32,000 bases of DNA, taken from assembly GCF_025919725.1 (NCBI RefSeq), contig NZ_CP081495.1, positions 391,166 through 423,165 of the forward strand. Direction: 5' to 3'. The notes below the pieces were generated by a model. The model was not told the DNA's origin. It searched no databases and saw nothing but the letters and a program-made list of their open reading frames with translations. The stretch comes from Flavobacterium agricola (GTDB lineage Bacteria > Bacteroidota > Bacteroidia > Flavobacteriales > Flavobacteriaceae). Position 1 is the first letter of the stretch, and each line of letters starts with the position of its first letter. Positions 18,897-27,803 of this stretch are shown here, piece by piece. Position numbers and translations under genes: made by a program.

Positions 18897-20615
18897 ATGG
18901 CAGTAACTTTTTATCCAGAAGAACAAGCGATTGCGTTTGTTGAAAATCAAATTTATACCCCAGAACAAACCCATTTAAAAGGAGAATGGATGATTTACCG
19001 AGAATTAAAACAAGCGTTAAGCAGCAGTAAAGATTCTTGGTACGTGTGGCATAATTATCATTCGGTAATTAAAGAAAATCACGAAGAATTAGGAAAGGTT
19101 GAAACCGAAATTGATTTTATTATTTTAAGTAAATACGGGCTTTTAGTTTTAGAAGTTAAAGGAGGCAAAATTGTTATTGCCAACGACAAATTTTATTGCC
19201 AAACAGCAAACCAAGAACTATCTGAAATTCAGAATCCGTTTATTCAAGCTCAAAAAAGCAAATATGTGCTTTTAAATCAGTATTTACAGCAATTTAAAAA
19301 CATTTTGGTAACGTATGCGGTTGCATTTCCATCGCTAGCTGTTGCTTTAAATCATCCAAAATACAACGAAAAGGCAATTTATAGTAAATATACCAAAGAT
19401 TATACGTTTGCAGATATTGAACAATTTATTGTTTACAACCTCAAACAATCAGCCCAAAATTTACAACAAACCAATCGGTATTTTCCAGAAAACTTGTCGG
19501 ATGCAGTAATGGCATCGGTAGCCAAAAGGTTTAATGTGAATTTATCTGATGCCAATGTTTTTGAATCTTTTAATGTTGATTTTTGGGCGCATACCGAAAG
19601 TTTTAAAATTATTGATGCCTTGCAAGAAAATCCCCGTATCATGGTACAAGGCGATCCCGGAACCGGAAAAACAACTTTAGCTTTGGCTTATGCCGAAAAA
19701 AACAAACAATTTTCGGGCTTGTACGTGTGTTGGAATAAATTATTAAAAACCAGCAATGCATTAAAATTTAAAACCCGTGGGTTAGATGTTGATGTGATAA
19801 GTTATTACGATTTTCTGCTTCAACATTTACCTAATTTAACAGTTGTTCAAGCCAATACATTTTCTTACGAACAATTTGGGCAAGCTATGCAAAACGCTAT
19901 AACGAATTATTTAGCCCAACAAGGTAAAACGTACGATTATATTATTGTTGATGAAGCGCAAGATTTGTTTGATCGAAATCTAGATTATTTTATTGATAAA
20001 ATGTGCGTAACGGGTAAAGGTTTAACCCAAGGTCGATCGTTGCTTTTGTATGATTTAAAACAAGGTTTTGATGCCGAAAAAAGAGAAGTTGATGAATTTG
20101 AGTTTCTGTTAAAACAATATTACACCCATTATCAATTAAACGGAAATAAGCGCAGTATTGTAAACGAAGAGTTGCAAAACTTTGCTTTAGATGTAAGTTA
20201 TCAACCTTTAGATGTTTTAACACCAACTTATTATAACAATAAAAATGCTGTACTATATAAACCAGTAAATGGTGCTAAAGAATTTAAAAAATTAGTGAAT
20301 TTGTATAAAATGAATGTTTTAAAAGCAGATTCATCCTTGTCTGAAAGCGATATTGTTTTGTTGTTTCAATCATCAATATTAAAAAACTACCCACAAATTG
20401 TAAGGGTTTTAAAAGAATTAGAAATTGAAGAATTGACTGAACTTAATTTTGAAACCAAGTATTTAAAATATTCTACTCCAATTAAATTTAAAGGTTTAGA
20501 AAAGAAAAATGTTGTTTTGGTTGTTTCTTCACCCAATGCAACAAGTAAGTTTGAATGGTACATGGGCATAACGCGTGCCGTACAAACAATTCATATGGTG
20601 CATTTAAATTTTTAA
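18897..20615 (+). CDS. NERD nuclease-related domain fused to a UvrD/SF1-like helicase/ATPase
   Basis: N-terminus 'GEWMIYRELKQAL...ETEIDFIILSKYGLLVLEVKGGKI' (NERD), Walker A 'VQGDPGTGKTTLAL', Walker B 'YIIVDEAQDLF', terminal SF1 motif 'MGITRAVQTIHM'. Confidence 0.85.
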   Translation: MAVTFYPEEQAIAFVENQIYTPEQTHLKGEWMIYRELKQALSSSKDSWYVWHNYHSVIKENHEELGKVETEIDFIILSKYGLLVLEVKGGKIVIANDKFYCQTANQELSEIQNPFIQAQKSKYVLLNQYLQQFKNILVTYAVAFPSLAVALNHPKYNEKAIYSKYTKDYTFADIEQFIVYNLKQSAQNLQQTNRYFPENLSDAVMASVAKRFNVNLSDANVFESFNVDFWAHTESFKIIDALQENPRIMVQGDPGTGKTTLALAYAEKNKQFSGLYVCWNKLLKTSNALKFKTRGLDVDVISYYDFLLQHLPNLTVVQANTFSYEQFGQAMQNAITNYLAQQGKTYDYIIVDEAQDLFDRNLDYFIDKMCVTGKGLTQGRSLLLYDLKQGFDAEKREVDEFEFLLKQYYTHYQLNGNKRSIVNEELQNFALDVSYQPLDVLTPTYYNNKNAVLYKPVNGAKEFKKLVNLYKMNVLKADSSLSESDIVLLFQSSILKNYPQIVRVLKELEIEELTELNFETKYLKYSTPIKFKGLEKKNVVLVVSSPNATSKFEWYMGITRAVQTIHMVHLNF

Positions 20616-20675
20616 AAAGACACAAATTGTCTTTTGTAATATATAGATTTGCCTTAAACCTAAAAACTTATAAAA

Positions 20676-21035
20676 ATGAAAAATAACGAAAACCAAAAAG
20701 CTTTAGAAATGTTTGATCAATTCAAACAAAAAAAAGTAAACGATCAAGACATTCATGATGCCGAAGCAAAAGCTAAAAACTTAGGTAAAATTGTAAAAGA
20801 TTTTAGATTGCTTATCGCTATGTTTAAAGATGGCATAAGCGGTGTTTATAGCATTTCGGGTTTAACTTTAGCTACGCTTGCAGGTGCAATTTTGTACGTT
20901 GTTTCACCAATTGATGCAGTGCCTGATTTTATTCCTTTTGTTGGTTGGTTAGACGATGTTGCTGTAATTACTTTTGTATTAGCTAACTTAAATTCAGAAA
21001 TCAGTAAATACAAAAAGTTTAAAAAAATAGAATAA
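20676..21035 (+). CDS. YkvA/DUF1232 family small membrane protein
   Basis: 'LAGAILYVVSPIDAVPDFIPFVGWLDDVAVI' hallmark motif. Confidence 0.93.
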   Translation: MKNNENQKALEMFDQFKQKKVNDQDIHDAEAKAKNLGKIVKDFRLLIAMFKDGISGVYSISGLTLATLAGAILYVVSPIDAVPDFIPFVGWLDDVAVITFVLANLNSEISKYKKFKKIE

Positions 21036-21125
21036 GCATTCACTCAAAAAATCAAGGCGTTCACTAAAATGTTAAATTTTTAAGAATGACTTGTTTTACT
21101 TTTGCTGTGAAAATTACTAGTAACT

Positions 21126-21368
21126 ATGCCAAATTATTATTGTGAATATTGCGGTGTTCAAGCGTCAAGTATAATTTCTTTAACTTCTGCAAGTTGTTTT
21201 AAAAACCCAAACGGAGGGAAACATAAACTTTACGAAGGCACTGAAAAAAACATGTACTATTGCAAGTACTGCGGTATTTCAACCGGTTCAATCTTGCAAC
21301 TTACTTCATCTTCATGCTTTAAGCATCCAAATGGCAATTTAAAAGGGAAACATGCGCCAGCATTATAA
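21126..21368 (+). CDS. 80-aa protein with two tandem Cys-rich (zinc-ribbon-like) modules
   Basis: NYYCEYCGVQASSIISLTSASCFKNPNGGKHKLYEG / MYYCKYCGISTGSILQLTSSSCFKHPNGNLKGKHAPAL. Confidence 0.75.
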   Translation: MPNYYCEYCGVQASSIISLTSASCFKNPNGGKHKLYEGTEKNMYYCKYCGISTGSILQLTSSSCFKHPNGNLKGKHAPAL

Positions 21369-21451
21369 CCTTACAAAAATATTAAAGTAAATAGCAGTTA
21401 TCCTTCTGTTATTTCAAGGGGGAAATAAAAAGGAACATTTGAGGGGAAATG

Positions 21452-21479
21452 CGCCTAGTTTTTATAAGCTAGGCGTTTT
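21452..21479 (+). terminator. Rho-independent terminator
   Basis: CGCCTAG...CTAGGCG stem followed by TTTTC. Confidence 0.7.
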
Positions 21480-21557
21480 CATTTTATAATTATTGCAAAA
21501 AAAAGTTTCGTTTTTTTAAAAATCCCTTAACTTTACCACTCAAATAAACCTCAAAAT

Positions 21558-22184
21558 ATGGACTTTGACAAAATATTCGAACACAACAAAAAGTGGATTA
21601 ACAAGCAATTAGAAAACAATAAAAACTATTTTGGAGAATTAGCCGAAGGGCAATCACCAGAAGTTTTATACATTGGTTGTTCTGATTCACGCGTAACCGC
21701 TGAAGAATTAATGGGAGCAAAACCCGGACAAGTTTTTGTACACCGCAACATTGCTAATATGATTCCGAATACCGATTTAAATTCGCAATCGGTAATTAAT
21801 TACGCAGTAAACTTTTTAGGTGTAAAACACATTGTTGTTTGTGGACATTACGAATGTGGTGGTATAAAATCTGCCATGCAACAATCCGATTTAGGTATTT
21901 TAAATCCATGGTTACGTAACATTCGCGACGTGTACCGTTTGCACAATAAAGAATTAACTGCCATTGCTGACGAAAAAAAACGTTACGACCGTTTGGTTGA
22001 GCTTAACGTACAAGAACAATGCATTAACGTAATGAAAACAGCCGAAGTACAAAAAGCAATTGTGGAGCGCAATTTAAAAGTTCACGGTTGGATTTTTGAT
22101 TTGCATACTGGGCAAATTATTGATTTAAATATTGATTTAGAAGCCAAAATGCAGCACATTCAAAGTATTTACAAATTGGTGTAA
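21558..22184 (+). CDS. Beta-class carbonic anhydrase
   Basis: 'YIGCSDSRVTAEELMGAKPGQVFVHRNIANM' and 'VVCGHYECGGIKSAM' zinc/catalytic motifs. Confidence 0.96.
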   Translation: MDFDKIFEHNKKWINKQLENNKNYFGELAEGQSPEVLYIGCSDSRVTAEELMGAKPGQVFVHRNIANMIPNTDLNSQSVINYAVNFLGVKHIVVCGHYECGGIKSAMQQSDLGILNPWLRNIRDVYRLHNKELTAIADEKKRYDRLVELNVQEQCINVMKTAEVQKAIVERNLKVHGWIFDLHTGQIIDLNIDLEAKMQHIQSIYKLV

Positions 22185-22228
22185 CAAATTTGTAATTTGT
22201 ACTACTAATAATGTAAATAATATTTTGT

Positions 22229-22930
22229 ATGTCACAACCAATCATTGAAATTAAAGATATTAAACGCAACTTTGCCTTAGGTACAGAAACCGTTTACGTT
22301 TTAAAAGGAGTAGATTTAACCATACATAAAGGCGAATATGTTGCTTTAATGGGGCCGTCAGGTTCGGGTAAATCAACTTTAATGAATCTTTTAGGTTGTT
22401 TAGATACACCAACATCGGGTAAATATATTTTAAACGGTAAAGATGTGTCTAAAATGAAAGATGATGAATTGGCAGATATTAGAAATAAAGAAATTGGTTT
22501 TGTTTTTCAGACCTTTAACTTATTACCCAGAACAACAGCGTTAGATAATGTTGCGTTACCCATGATTTATGCAGGTAAAAATAAAACAGAACGTACCGCA
22601 CGCGCAACCGAGGTTTTAACTCAAGTTGGATTAGAAACCAGAATGGATCACGAACCCAATCAGCTTTCTGGTGGGCAACGTCAGCGTGTTGCAGTTGCCA
22701 GAGCATTGGTTAATTATCCGTCAATTATTTTAGCTGACGAACCTACAGGAAACTTAGACAGTAAAACATCGGTTGAAATTATGCGTCTTTTTGACGAAAT
22801 TCATGCTAACGGAAATACAGTAATTTTAGTAACGCACGAAGAAGATATTGCCGAACATGCGCATCGCATTATTCGTTTACGTGATGGGATTATTGAAAGT
22901 GATGAATTAAATCCAAAACATATAAAATAA
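22229..22930 (+). CDS. ABC transporter ATP-binding protein (LolD/MacB-like)
   Basis: Walker A 'GPSGSGKST', signature '[16 protein letters not shown]', Walker B '[12 protein letters not shown]'. Confidence 0.95.
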   Translation: MSQPIIEIKDIKRNFALGTETVYVLKGVDLTIHKGEYVALMGPSGSGKSTLMNLLGCLDTPTSGKYILNGKDVSKMKDDELADIRNKEIGFVFQTFNLLPRTTALDNVALPMIYAGKNKTERTARATEVLTQVGLETRMDHEPNQLSGGQRQRVAVARALVNYPSIILADEPTGNLDSKTSVEIMRLFDEIHANGNTVILVTHEEDIAEHAHRIIRLRDGIIESDELNPKHIK

Positions 22931-22931
22931 T

Positions 22932-22960
22932 AAAAAGCCAGATATTTATCTGGCTTTTTT
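22932..22960. terminator. Bidirectional terminator
   Basis: AAAAAGCCAGATA-TTT-ATCTGGCTTTTT. Confidence 0.85.
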
Positions 22961-23244
22961 TATTGTAAATCGGTTTCTGTAAGGTTGTTGTAGTTTATTA
23001 GTTCATAAATGGTTTGATCTAATTTATGGCACATATCAACCAATAAAACTACGTTTTGGTTTTCAGAATCTGCAAAATCAGCCAATGTAAATTGCTGATC
23101 TTCTTTAAATTCAAACGTATTATCTAATTCTTTAAATTCGGTTGCAATAGTAAACTGAGTAAGCAATTCAAAAATTGATTGGCGTTTGTCTAATAATTCT
23201 TTTACAATTTTGCGTATTAATTGCTTGTCGTTTAAATGTTTCAT
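22960..23244 (-). CDS. Hypothetical protein
   Basis: 94-aa ORF bounded by a terminator, ATG start and reasonable composition; no recognised family. Confidence 0.55.
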   Translation of the reverse strand: MKHLNDKQLIRKIVKELLDKRQSIFELLTQFTIATEFKELDNTFEFKEDQQFTLADFADSENQNVVLLVDMCHKLDQTIYELINYNNLTETDLQ

Positions 23245-23298
23245 AGTTTATATAATCAATCTTCAATACATAATAAACGAGTTTGTAACCTAAAAATT

Positions 23299-24135
23299 AT
23301 TTTTTAGTGCTTAAAATTTCATGAATAAGTAAAGCTTTTTTGCGCGTGGTTCCCCACATAAATTCTCCAATTTTGCCCGAAGCTTGTATAATACGATGGC
23401 ACGGTATTAAAACAGCAATTGGATTTTTACCAATAGCTGTACCAATGGCGCGTGCTAATTTTTTTCTTGAATTTGTTCAGCTATTTCACCGTAGGTATAA
23501 ATATTTTTATAAGGTAATAAAACCAATTGTTTCCAAACTTGTTCTTGCAATGGGCTTGCATGCACTAAAACCTGAAGCGGAACATCGTTTTCATGGTTAT
23601 TAATTTTTTCTAAAGCTTCTAAATGTACATTTTTAGATTTTTGTACAAATTGTGCTTTTTCAAAATAAGTTTTCAAAAGATTTTCGGCCTGATTGTCATC
23701 TTCTAAAAAATAAATCAAGCACACGTAATCGCTAATTGAGGCAATTAAAACCTTTCCGAAAAGCGAATGAAAAATGTTGTAATAAATTTCTAAATCGGCA
23801 TATTTATTTTTAACCGCCTCCGCATTAAAAAAGTTTAATTGTACGCTGGCAATAAAATCGGTTTGATTTAGGTTTTTGCTAAACAAGTTGTTCTGAAACA
23901 AATATTTAGGCAACGCATTTTTATTTATGTAGTTTAGTAAAGAAACAAAGTCAGAAAGTTCTATGTTTCCCCATTTTTCTAAATAAAAAGCAAGTTCAGT
24001 AAACCTTGTTTTTGCATCTTTTTCGGTAATAAAAAATTTTTTATCGGCTGCAATTTCGTTCGAGTAAAAATCGATAACCTTACTTACATAGGTATAACTT
24101 GCATAATTAAGATCTATATTCGTGCCCATTAGCAA
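23299..24135 (-). pseudogene. Methylated-DNA--[protein]-cysteine S-methyltransferase (Ada/MGMT C-terminal type), broken reading frame
   Basis: ORF 23455..24135 ends '...LVLLPYKNIYTYGEIAEQIQEKN*' at an A7 run. The -1 frame continues 'LARAIGTAIGKNPIAVLIPCHRIIQASGKIGEFMWGTTRK' with the PCHR active-site motif, and a second shift near 23338-23341 would restore 'ALLIHEILSTKK*' (stop 23299-23301). Confidence 0.85.
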
Positions 24136-24229
24136 AAATTTCGCTTTAAAAGTTGTTTAATACTGCCCTTAAAATTACGTTTTATTTATTTAATAAATTA
24201 ATTTATATACCCATTTCAAATCATTATTT

Positions 24230-25264
24230 TTGTCCAACAACACAACTATTATGTACAAATCAGTAATTCGACCGTATTTATTTAAAAAGGATCCCGAACA
24301 AGCGCATTATTTAACTTTTAATTGGTTAAAAAAGGTTTCTGCCATTCCTGGCGTTCCGGCTATGTTGCGTGCCAAGTTTTTAGTAGAAGATCCGCGTTTA
24401 GAACGCGAAGTTTTTGGTATTAAATTTAAAAATCCGGTAGGTTTAGCTGCAGGATTAGATAAAGATGCCAATGCCTTTCAGGAATTATCTAATTTAGGAT
24501 TTGGTTTTATTGAAATCGGAACCATAACTCCGAAACCGCAAGACGGAAATCCAAAAAAACGTTTGTTTCGTTTAATAGAAGATTCTGGAATTATTAACCG
24601 AATGGGATTTAATAACGGTGGGGTAGAAGCTGCTGTAAAACGTTTACAAAAAAATAAAAATGTATTAATTGGTGGTAATATTGGTAAAAATAAAATTACC
24701 CCGAACGAAGATGCCGTAAACGATTATTTAATTTGTTTTGATGCTTTGTTTGATGTGGTTGATTATTTTGTGGTAAACGTAAGTTCGCCAAACACGCCTA
24801 ATTTGCGTGCTTTACAAGATAAAGAACCTTTGATGCATTTGTTGCAAACCTTGCAAAATAAAAATTTTACAAAAGCAAAAGCCAAACCTATTTTGTTAAA
24901 AATTGCGCCCGATTTAACTAACGAACAATTGTTAGATATTATTGATATTGTTGCAACAACTAAAATAGCAGGCGTAATTGCAACCAATACAACCATTTCG
25001 CGCGATGGATTAATTTCTAAAAATCAGAGTGAAATAGGTGGTTTATCTGGTAAACCGCTAACCAAACGTGCTACCGAGGTTATTAAATTTTTATCAGATA
25101 ATAGCAACAAAGCTTTCCCAATTATTGGAGTTGGCGGTATTCATTCGGTTGAAGATGCGTTAGAAAAGTTTGAGGCAGGCGCAAGCTTAATTCAGCTTTA
25201 TACGGGTTTTATTTACGAAGGACCACAATTAATTAAAGATATCAATCAAGCGTTATTAAAATAA
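24230..25264 (+). CDS. pyrD: Quinone-dependent dihydroorotate dehydrogenase
   Basis: '[38 protein letters not shown]', 'NRMGFNNGG', '[11 protein letters not shown]', 'IGVGGI'. ORF start at 24230 is non-ATG-like; the real start may be [11 protein letters not shown]. Confidence 0.96.
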   Translation: MSNNTTIMYKSVIRPYLFKKDPEQAHYLTFNWLKKVSAIPGVPAMLRAKFLVEDPRLEREVFGIKFKNPVGLAAGLDKDANAFQELSNLGFGFIEIGTITPKPQDGNPKKRLFRLIEDSGIINRMGFNNGGVEAAVKRLQKNKNVLIGGNIGKNKITPNEDAVNDYLICFDALFDVVDYFVVNVSSPNTPNLRALQDKEPLMHLLQTLQNKNFTKAKAKPILLKIAPDLTNEQLLDIIDIVATTKIAGVIATNTTISRDGLISKNQSEIGGLSGKPLTKRATEVIKFLSDNSNKAFPIIGVGGIHSVEDALEKFEAGASLIQLYTGFIYEGPQLIKDINQALLK

Positions 25265-25304
25265 CGCTTGAATTTTCTATATTTACAATTCTATTCTATT
25301 AAAA

Positions 25305-26183
25305 ATGCTAAATACAGAAAAAAAAGCGGTTAAAATTATTGAATGTCCACGCGATGCCATGCAAGGCATTAAAGCTTTTATTCCTACAGATGCTAAGGTG
25401 CGTTACATTCAATCATTACTTCGTTGTGGTTTTGATACGTTAGATTTTGGAAGTTTTGTTTCTCCAAAAGCTATTCCACAAATGCAAGATACGGCTCAAG
25501 TTTTAGCACAATTAGATTTATCACAAACCACAACAAAATTGCTGGCTATTATTGCCAATACGCAAGGTGCGATTGCCGCAGCTCAGCACGCGCAAATTCA
25601 ATATTTAGGTTTTCCGTTTTCAATCTCAGAAAACTTTCAGATGCGTAATACGCACAAAACCATTGCACAATCTATTGTTACCTTACAAGAAATTTTAGAA
25701 ATTGCTCATAAGGCAGATAAAGAAGTTGTAGCTTATTTATCTATGGGATTCGGAAACCCGTACGGTGATCCGTGGAATGTAGATATTGTAGCAGATTGGA
25801 CAGCTAAATTAGCGCAAATGGGGGTGAAAATAATTTCTTTATCAGATACCGTTGGAAGCTCAACACCAGAAGTAATAGATTATTTATTTTCAAACTTAAT
25901 TCCTCAATACCCAAATCTTGAATTTGGAGCCCATTTACATACTACCAAAGATAAATGGTTTGAAAAAGTTGATGCTGCCTATAAAGCTGGTTGTATTCGT
26001 TTTGATGGCGCTATAAAAGGTTACGGCGGATGTCCAATGGCTAAAGATGATTTAACCGGAAATATGCCAACCGAAAAAATACTGTCTTATTTTACGGCCG
26101 AAAAAGCGCCAACTAATGTAAAATTAATGAGCTTTGAAGCCGCTTACAACGAAGCTTTATTAGTATTTAATCAGTACCATTAA
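25305..26183 (+). CDS. Hydroxymethylglutaryl-CoA lyase
   Basis: HMGL-like fold: 'IECPRDAMQG', 'FGSFVSPKAIPQM', 'SLSDTVGSSTPEVI', 'HLHTTKDKW', 'FDGAIKGYGGCPMAKD'. Confidence 0.9.
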   Translation: MLNTEKKAVKIIECPRDAMQGIKAFIPTDAKVRYIQSLLRCGFDTLDFGSFVSPKAIPQMQDTAQVLAQLDLSQTTTKLLAIIANTQGAIAAAQHAQIQYLGFPFSISENFQMRNTHKTIAQSIVTLQEILEIAHKADKEVVAYLSMGFGNPYGDPWNVDIVADWTAKLAQMGVKIISLSDTVGSSTPEVIDYLFSNLIPQYPNLEFGAHLHTTKDKWFEKVDAAYKAGCIRFDGAIKGYGGCPMAKDDLTGNMPTEKILSYFTAEKAPTNVKLMSFEAAYNEALLVFNQYH

Positions 26184-26232
26184 TAAAAACCAAATAATAT
26201 TTTTATTTTAAACAATTTAAGTTTAAATTTGT

Positions 26233-27729
26233 ATGCAATTCAACAACAATTGCAACATGAAAGCACACACAACAAAAATCATCGGAGAAGGTCTAACATA
26301 CGATGATGTTCTTTTAATTCCAAATTATTCCGAAGTACTTCCACGCGAAGTTTCCACACAAACTAAATTCTCAAAAAACATTACTTTAAACGTTCCTATT
26401 GTTTCTGCAGCAATGGATACGGTAACAGAAAGTGCAATGGCAATTGCTATGGCGCAAGAAGGTGGTATTGGTGTTTTACATAAAAATATGACAATTGAGC
26501 AGCAAGCTGCAGAAGTTAGAAAAGTAAAACGTGCCGAAGCAGGAATGATTATGGATCCGGTAACTTTAAGTTTACACCATAAAGTAGGTGATGCAAAAAA
26601 TGCAATGAAAGAACATAGCATCGGCGGAATTCCTGTTGTAGACGAAAATAATATTTTAAAAGGGATCGTTACCAATCGTGATTTACGATTCGAAAAAAAT
26701 AACGAACGTGCCATAACAGAAGTTATGACTACGCAAAATTTGGTTACTGCGCCACAAGGAACAACTTTAGCGCAAGCCGAAGAAATTCTTCAAAAAAATA
26801 AAATCGAAAAATTACCAGTAATTGATGCAAACAACAAATTAGTTGGCTTAATTACGTTTCGTGACATTACTAAAATCACACAAAAACCAAACGCCAACAA
26901 AGATTCATTTGGTAGATTACGTGTAGCTGCAGCATTGGGTGTAACAGCTGATGCGGTAGAACGTGCCGAAGCTTTGGTTAACGCTGGTGTTGATGCAGTA
27001 ATTATTGATACGGCTCACGGACATACAAAAGGCGTGGTAGATGTACTTAAAAAAGTAAAAGCTGCTTTTCCTAGTTTAGATGTGGTGGTTGGTAATATTG
27101 CTACGCCAGAAGCTGCCTTGTATTTAGCAGAAAGTGGAGCTGATGCGGTAAAAGTAGGAATAGGACCAGGTTCTATTTGTACTACTCGCGTTGTTGCTGG
27201 GGTTGGTTTTCCTCAGTTTTCTGCAGTTTTAGAAGTTGCAGCAGCTTTAAAAGGTACTGGAGTTCCTGTAATTGCTGATGGTGGTGTACGTTATACCGGT
27301 GATATTCCTAAAGCGATTGCTGCCGGAGCAGATTCTGTTATGTTAGGATCTATGTTAGCAGGAACAAAAGAATCGCCAGGTGAGACTATTATTTACGAAG
27401 GACGTAAATTTAAATCTTATCGCGGGATGGGTTCTGTAGAAGCGATGCAACACGGTTCTAAAGACAGATATTTTCAAGATGTTGAAGATGATGTTAAAAA
27501 ATTGGTTCCAGAAGGAATTGTTGGTCGCGTAGCATATAAAGGCGAATTAAACGAATCTATGTTACAATTTATAGGTGGTTTACGTGCCGGAATGGGGTAT
27601 TGCGGTTCTGCATCTATTCAAGAACTACAAGAAAAAGGACGATTTGTTCGCATTACAACAAGTGGAATTAACGAATCTCACCCTCATGATGTTACTATAA
27701 CAAAAGAAGCACCAAACTATTCAAGATAA
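26233..27729 (+). CDS. guaB: Inosine-5'-monophosphate dehydrogenase
   Basis: '[15 protein letters not shown]', CBS pair, '[18 protein letters not shown]', '[11 protein letters not shown]', C-terminal '[28 protein letters not shown]'. Confidence 0.97.
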   Translation: MQFNNNCNMKAHTTKIIGEGLTYDDVLLIPNYSEVLPREVSTQTKFSKNITLNVPIVSAAMDTVTESAMAIAMAQEGGIGVLHKNMTIEQQAAEVRKVKRAEAGMIMDPVTLSLHHKVGDAKNAMKEHSIGGIPVVDENNILKGIVTNRDLRFEKNNERAITEVMTTQNLVTAPQGTTLAQAEEILQKNKIEKLPVIDANNKLVGLITFRDITKITQKPNANKDSFGRLRVAAALGVTADAVERAEALVNAGVDAVIIDTAHGHTKGVVDVLKKVKAAFPSLDVVVGNIATPEAALYLAESGADAVKVGIGPGSICTTRVVAGVGFPQFSAVLEVAAALKGTGVPVIADGGVRYTGDIPKAIAAGADSVMLGSMLAGTKESPGETIIYEGRKFKSYRGMGSVEAMQHGSKDRYFQDVEDDVKKLVPEGIVGRVAYKGELNESMLQFIGGLRAGMGYCGSASIQELQEKGRFVRITTSGINESHPHDVTITKEAPNYSR

Positions 27730-27759
27730 TAAAAAAGCTACCCAAGGGTAGCTTTTTTT
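27645..27759 (+). repeat. Direct repeat copy 1: guaB 3' end plus terminator
   Basis: Matches 28804-28918 at offset 1159 with 4 mismatches (27648 T/C, 27663 T/C, 27672 C/A, 27717 C/T). Confidence 0.97.
27731..27759. terminator. guaB terminator (bidirectional)
   Basis: AAAAAAGCTACCC-AA-GGGTAGCTTTTTTT. Confidence 0.88.
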
Positions 27760-27761
27760 TT

Positions 27762-27781
27762 CTTTCTTTCTTTCTTTCTTT
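27762..27781. repeat. Tetranucleotide microsatellite (CTTT)5
   Basis: C residues at 27762, 27766, 27770, 27774 and 27778, each followed by TTT. Confidence 0.95.
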
Positions 27782-27803
27782 CTGTTTTTGTATACCTAAT
27801 AAC

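Noticed and set aside
21390-21450. GGGGAAAT-like repeated motif downstream of the tandem-Cys gene (AAGGGGGAAATAAA, GAGGGGAAATG)
   Set aside because: Only two imperfect occurrences; could be chance, with no supporting structure.
23340-23603. 87-aa plus-strand ORF 23340..23603
   Set aside because: Antisense to the methyltransferase region whose minus-strand frame encodes PCHRII; the minus-strand reading is much better supported.
26325-26714. 129-aa minus-strand ORF inside guaB
   Set aside because: Shadow ORF of a highly conserved enzyme gene.
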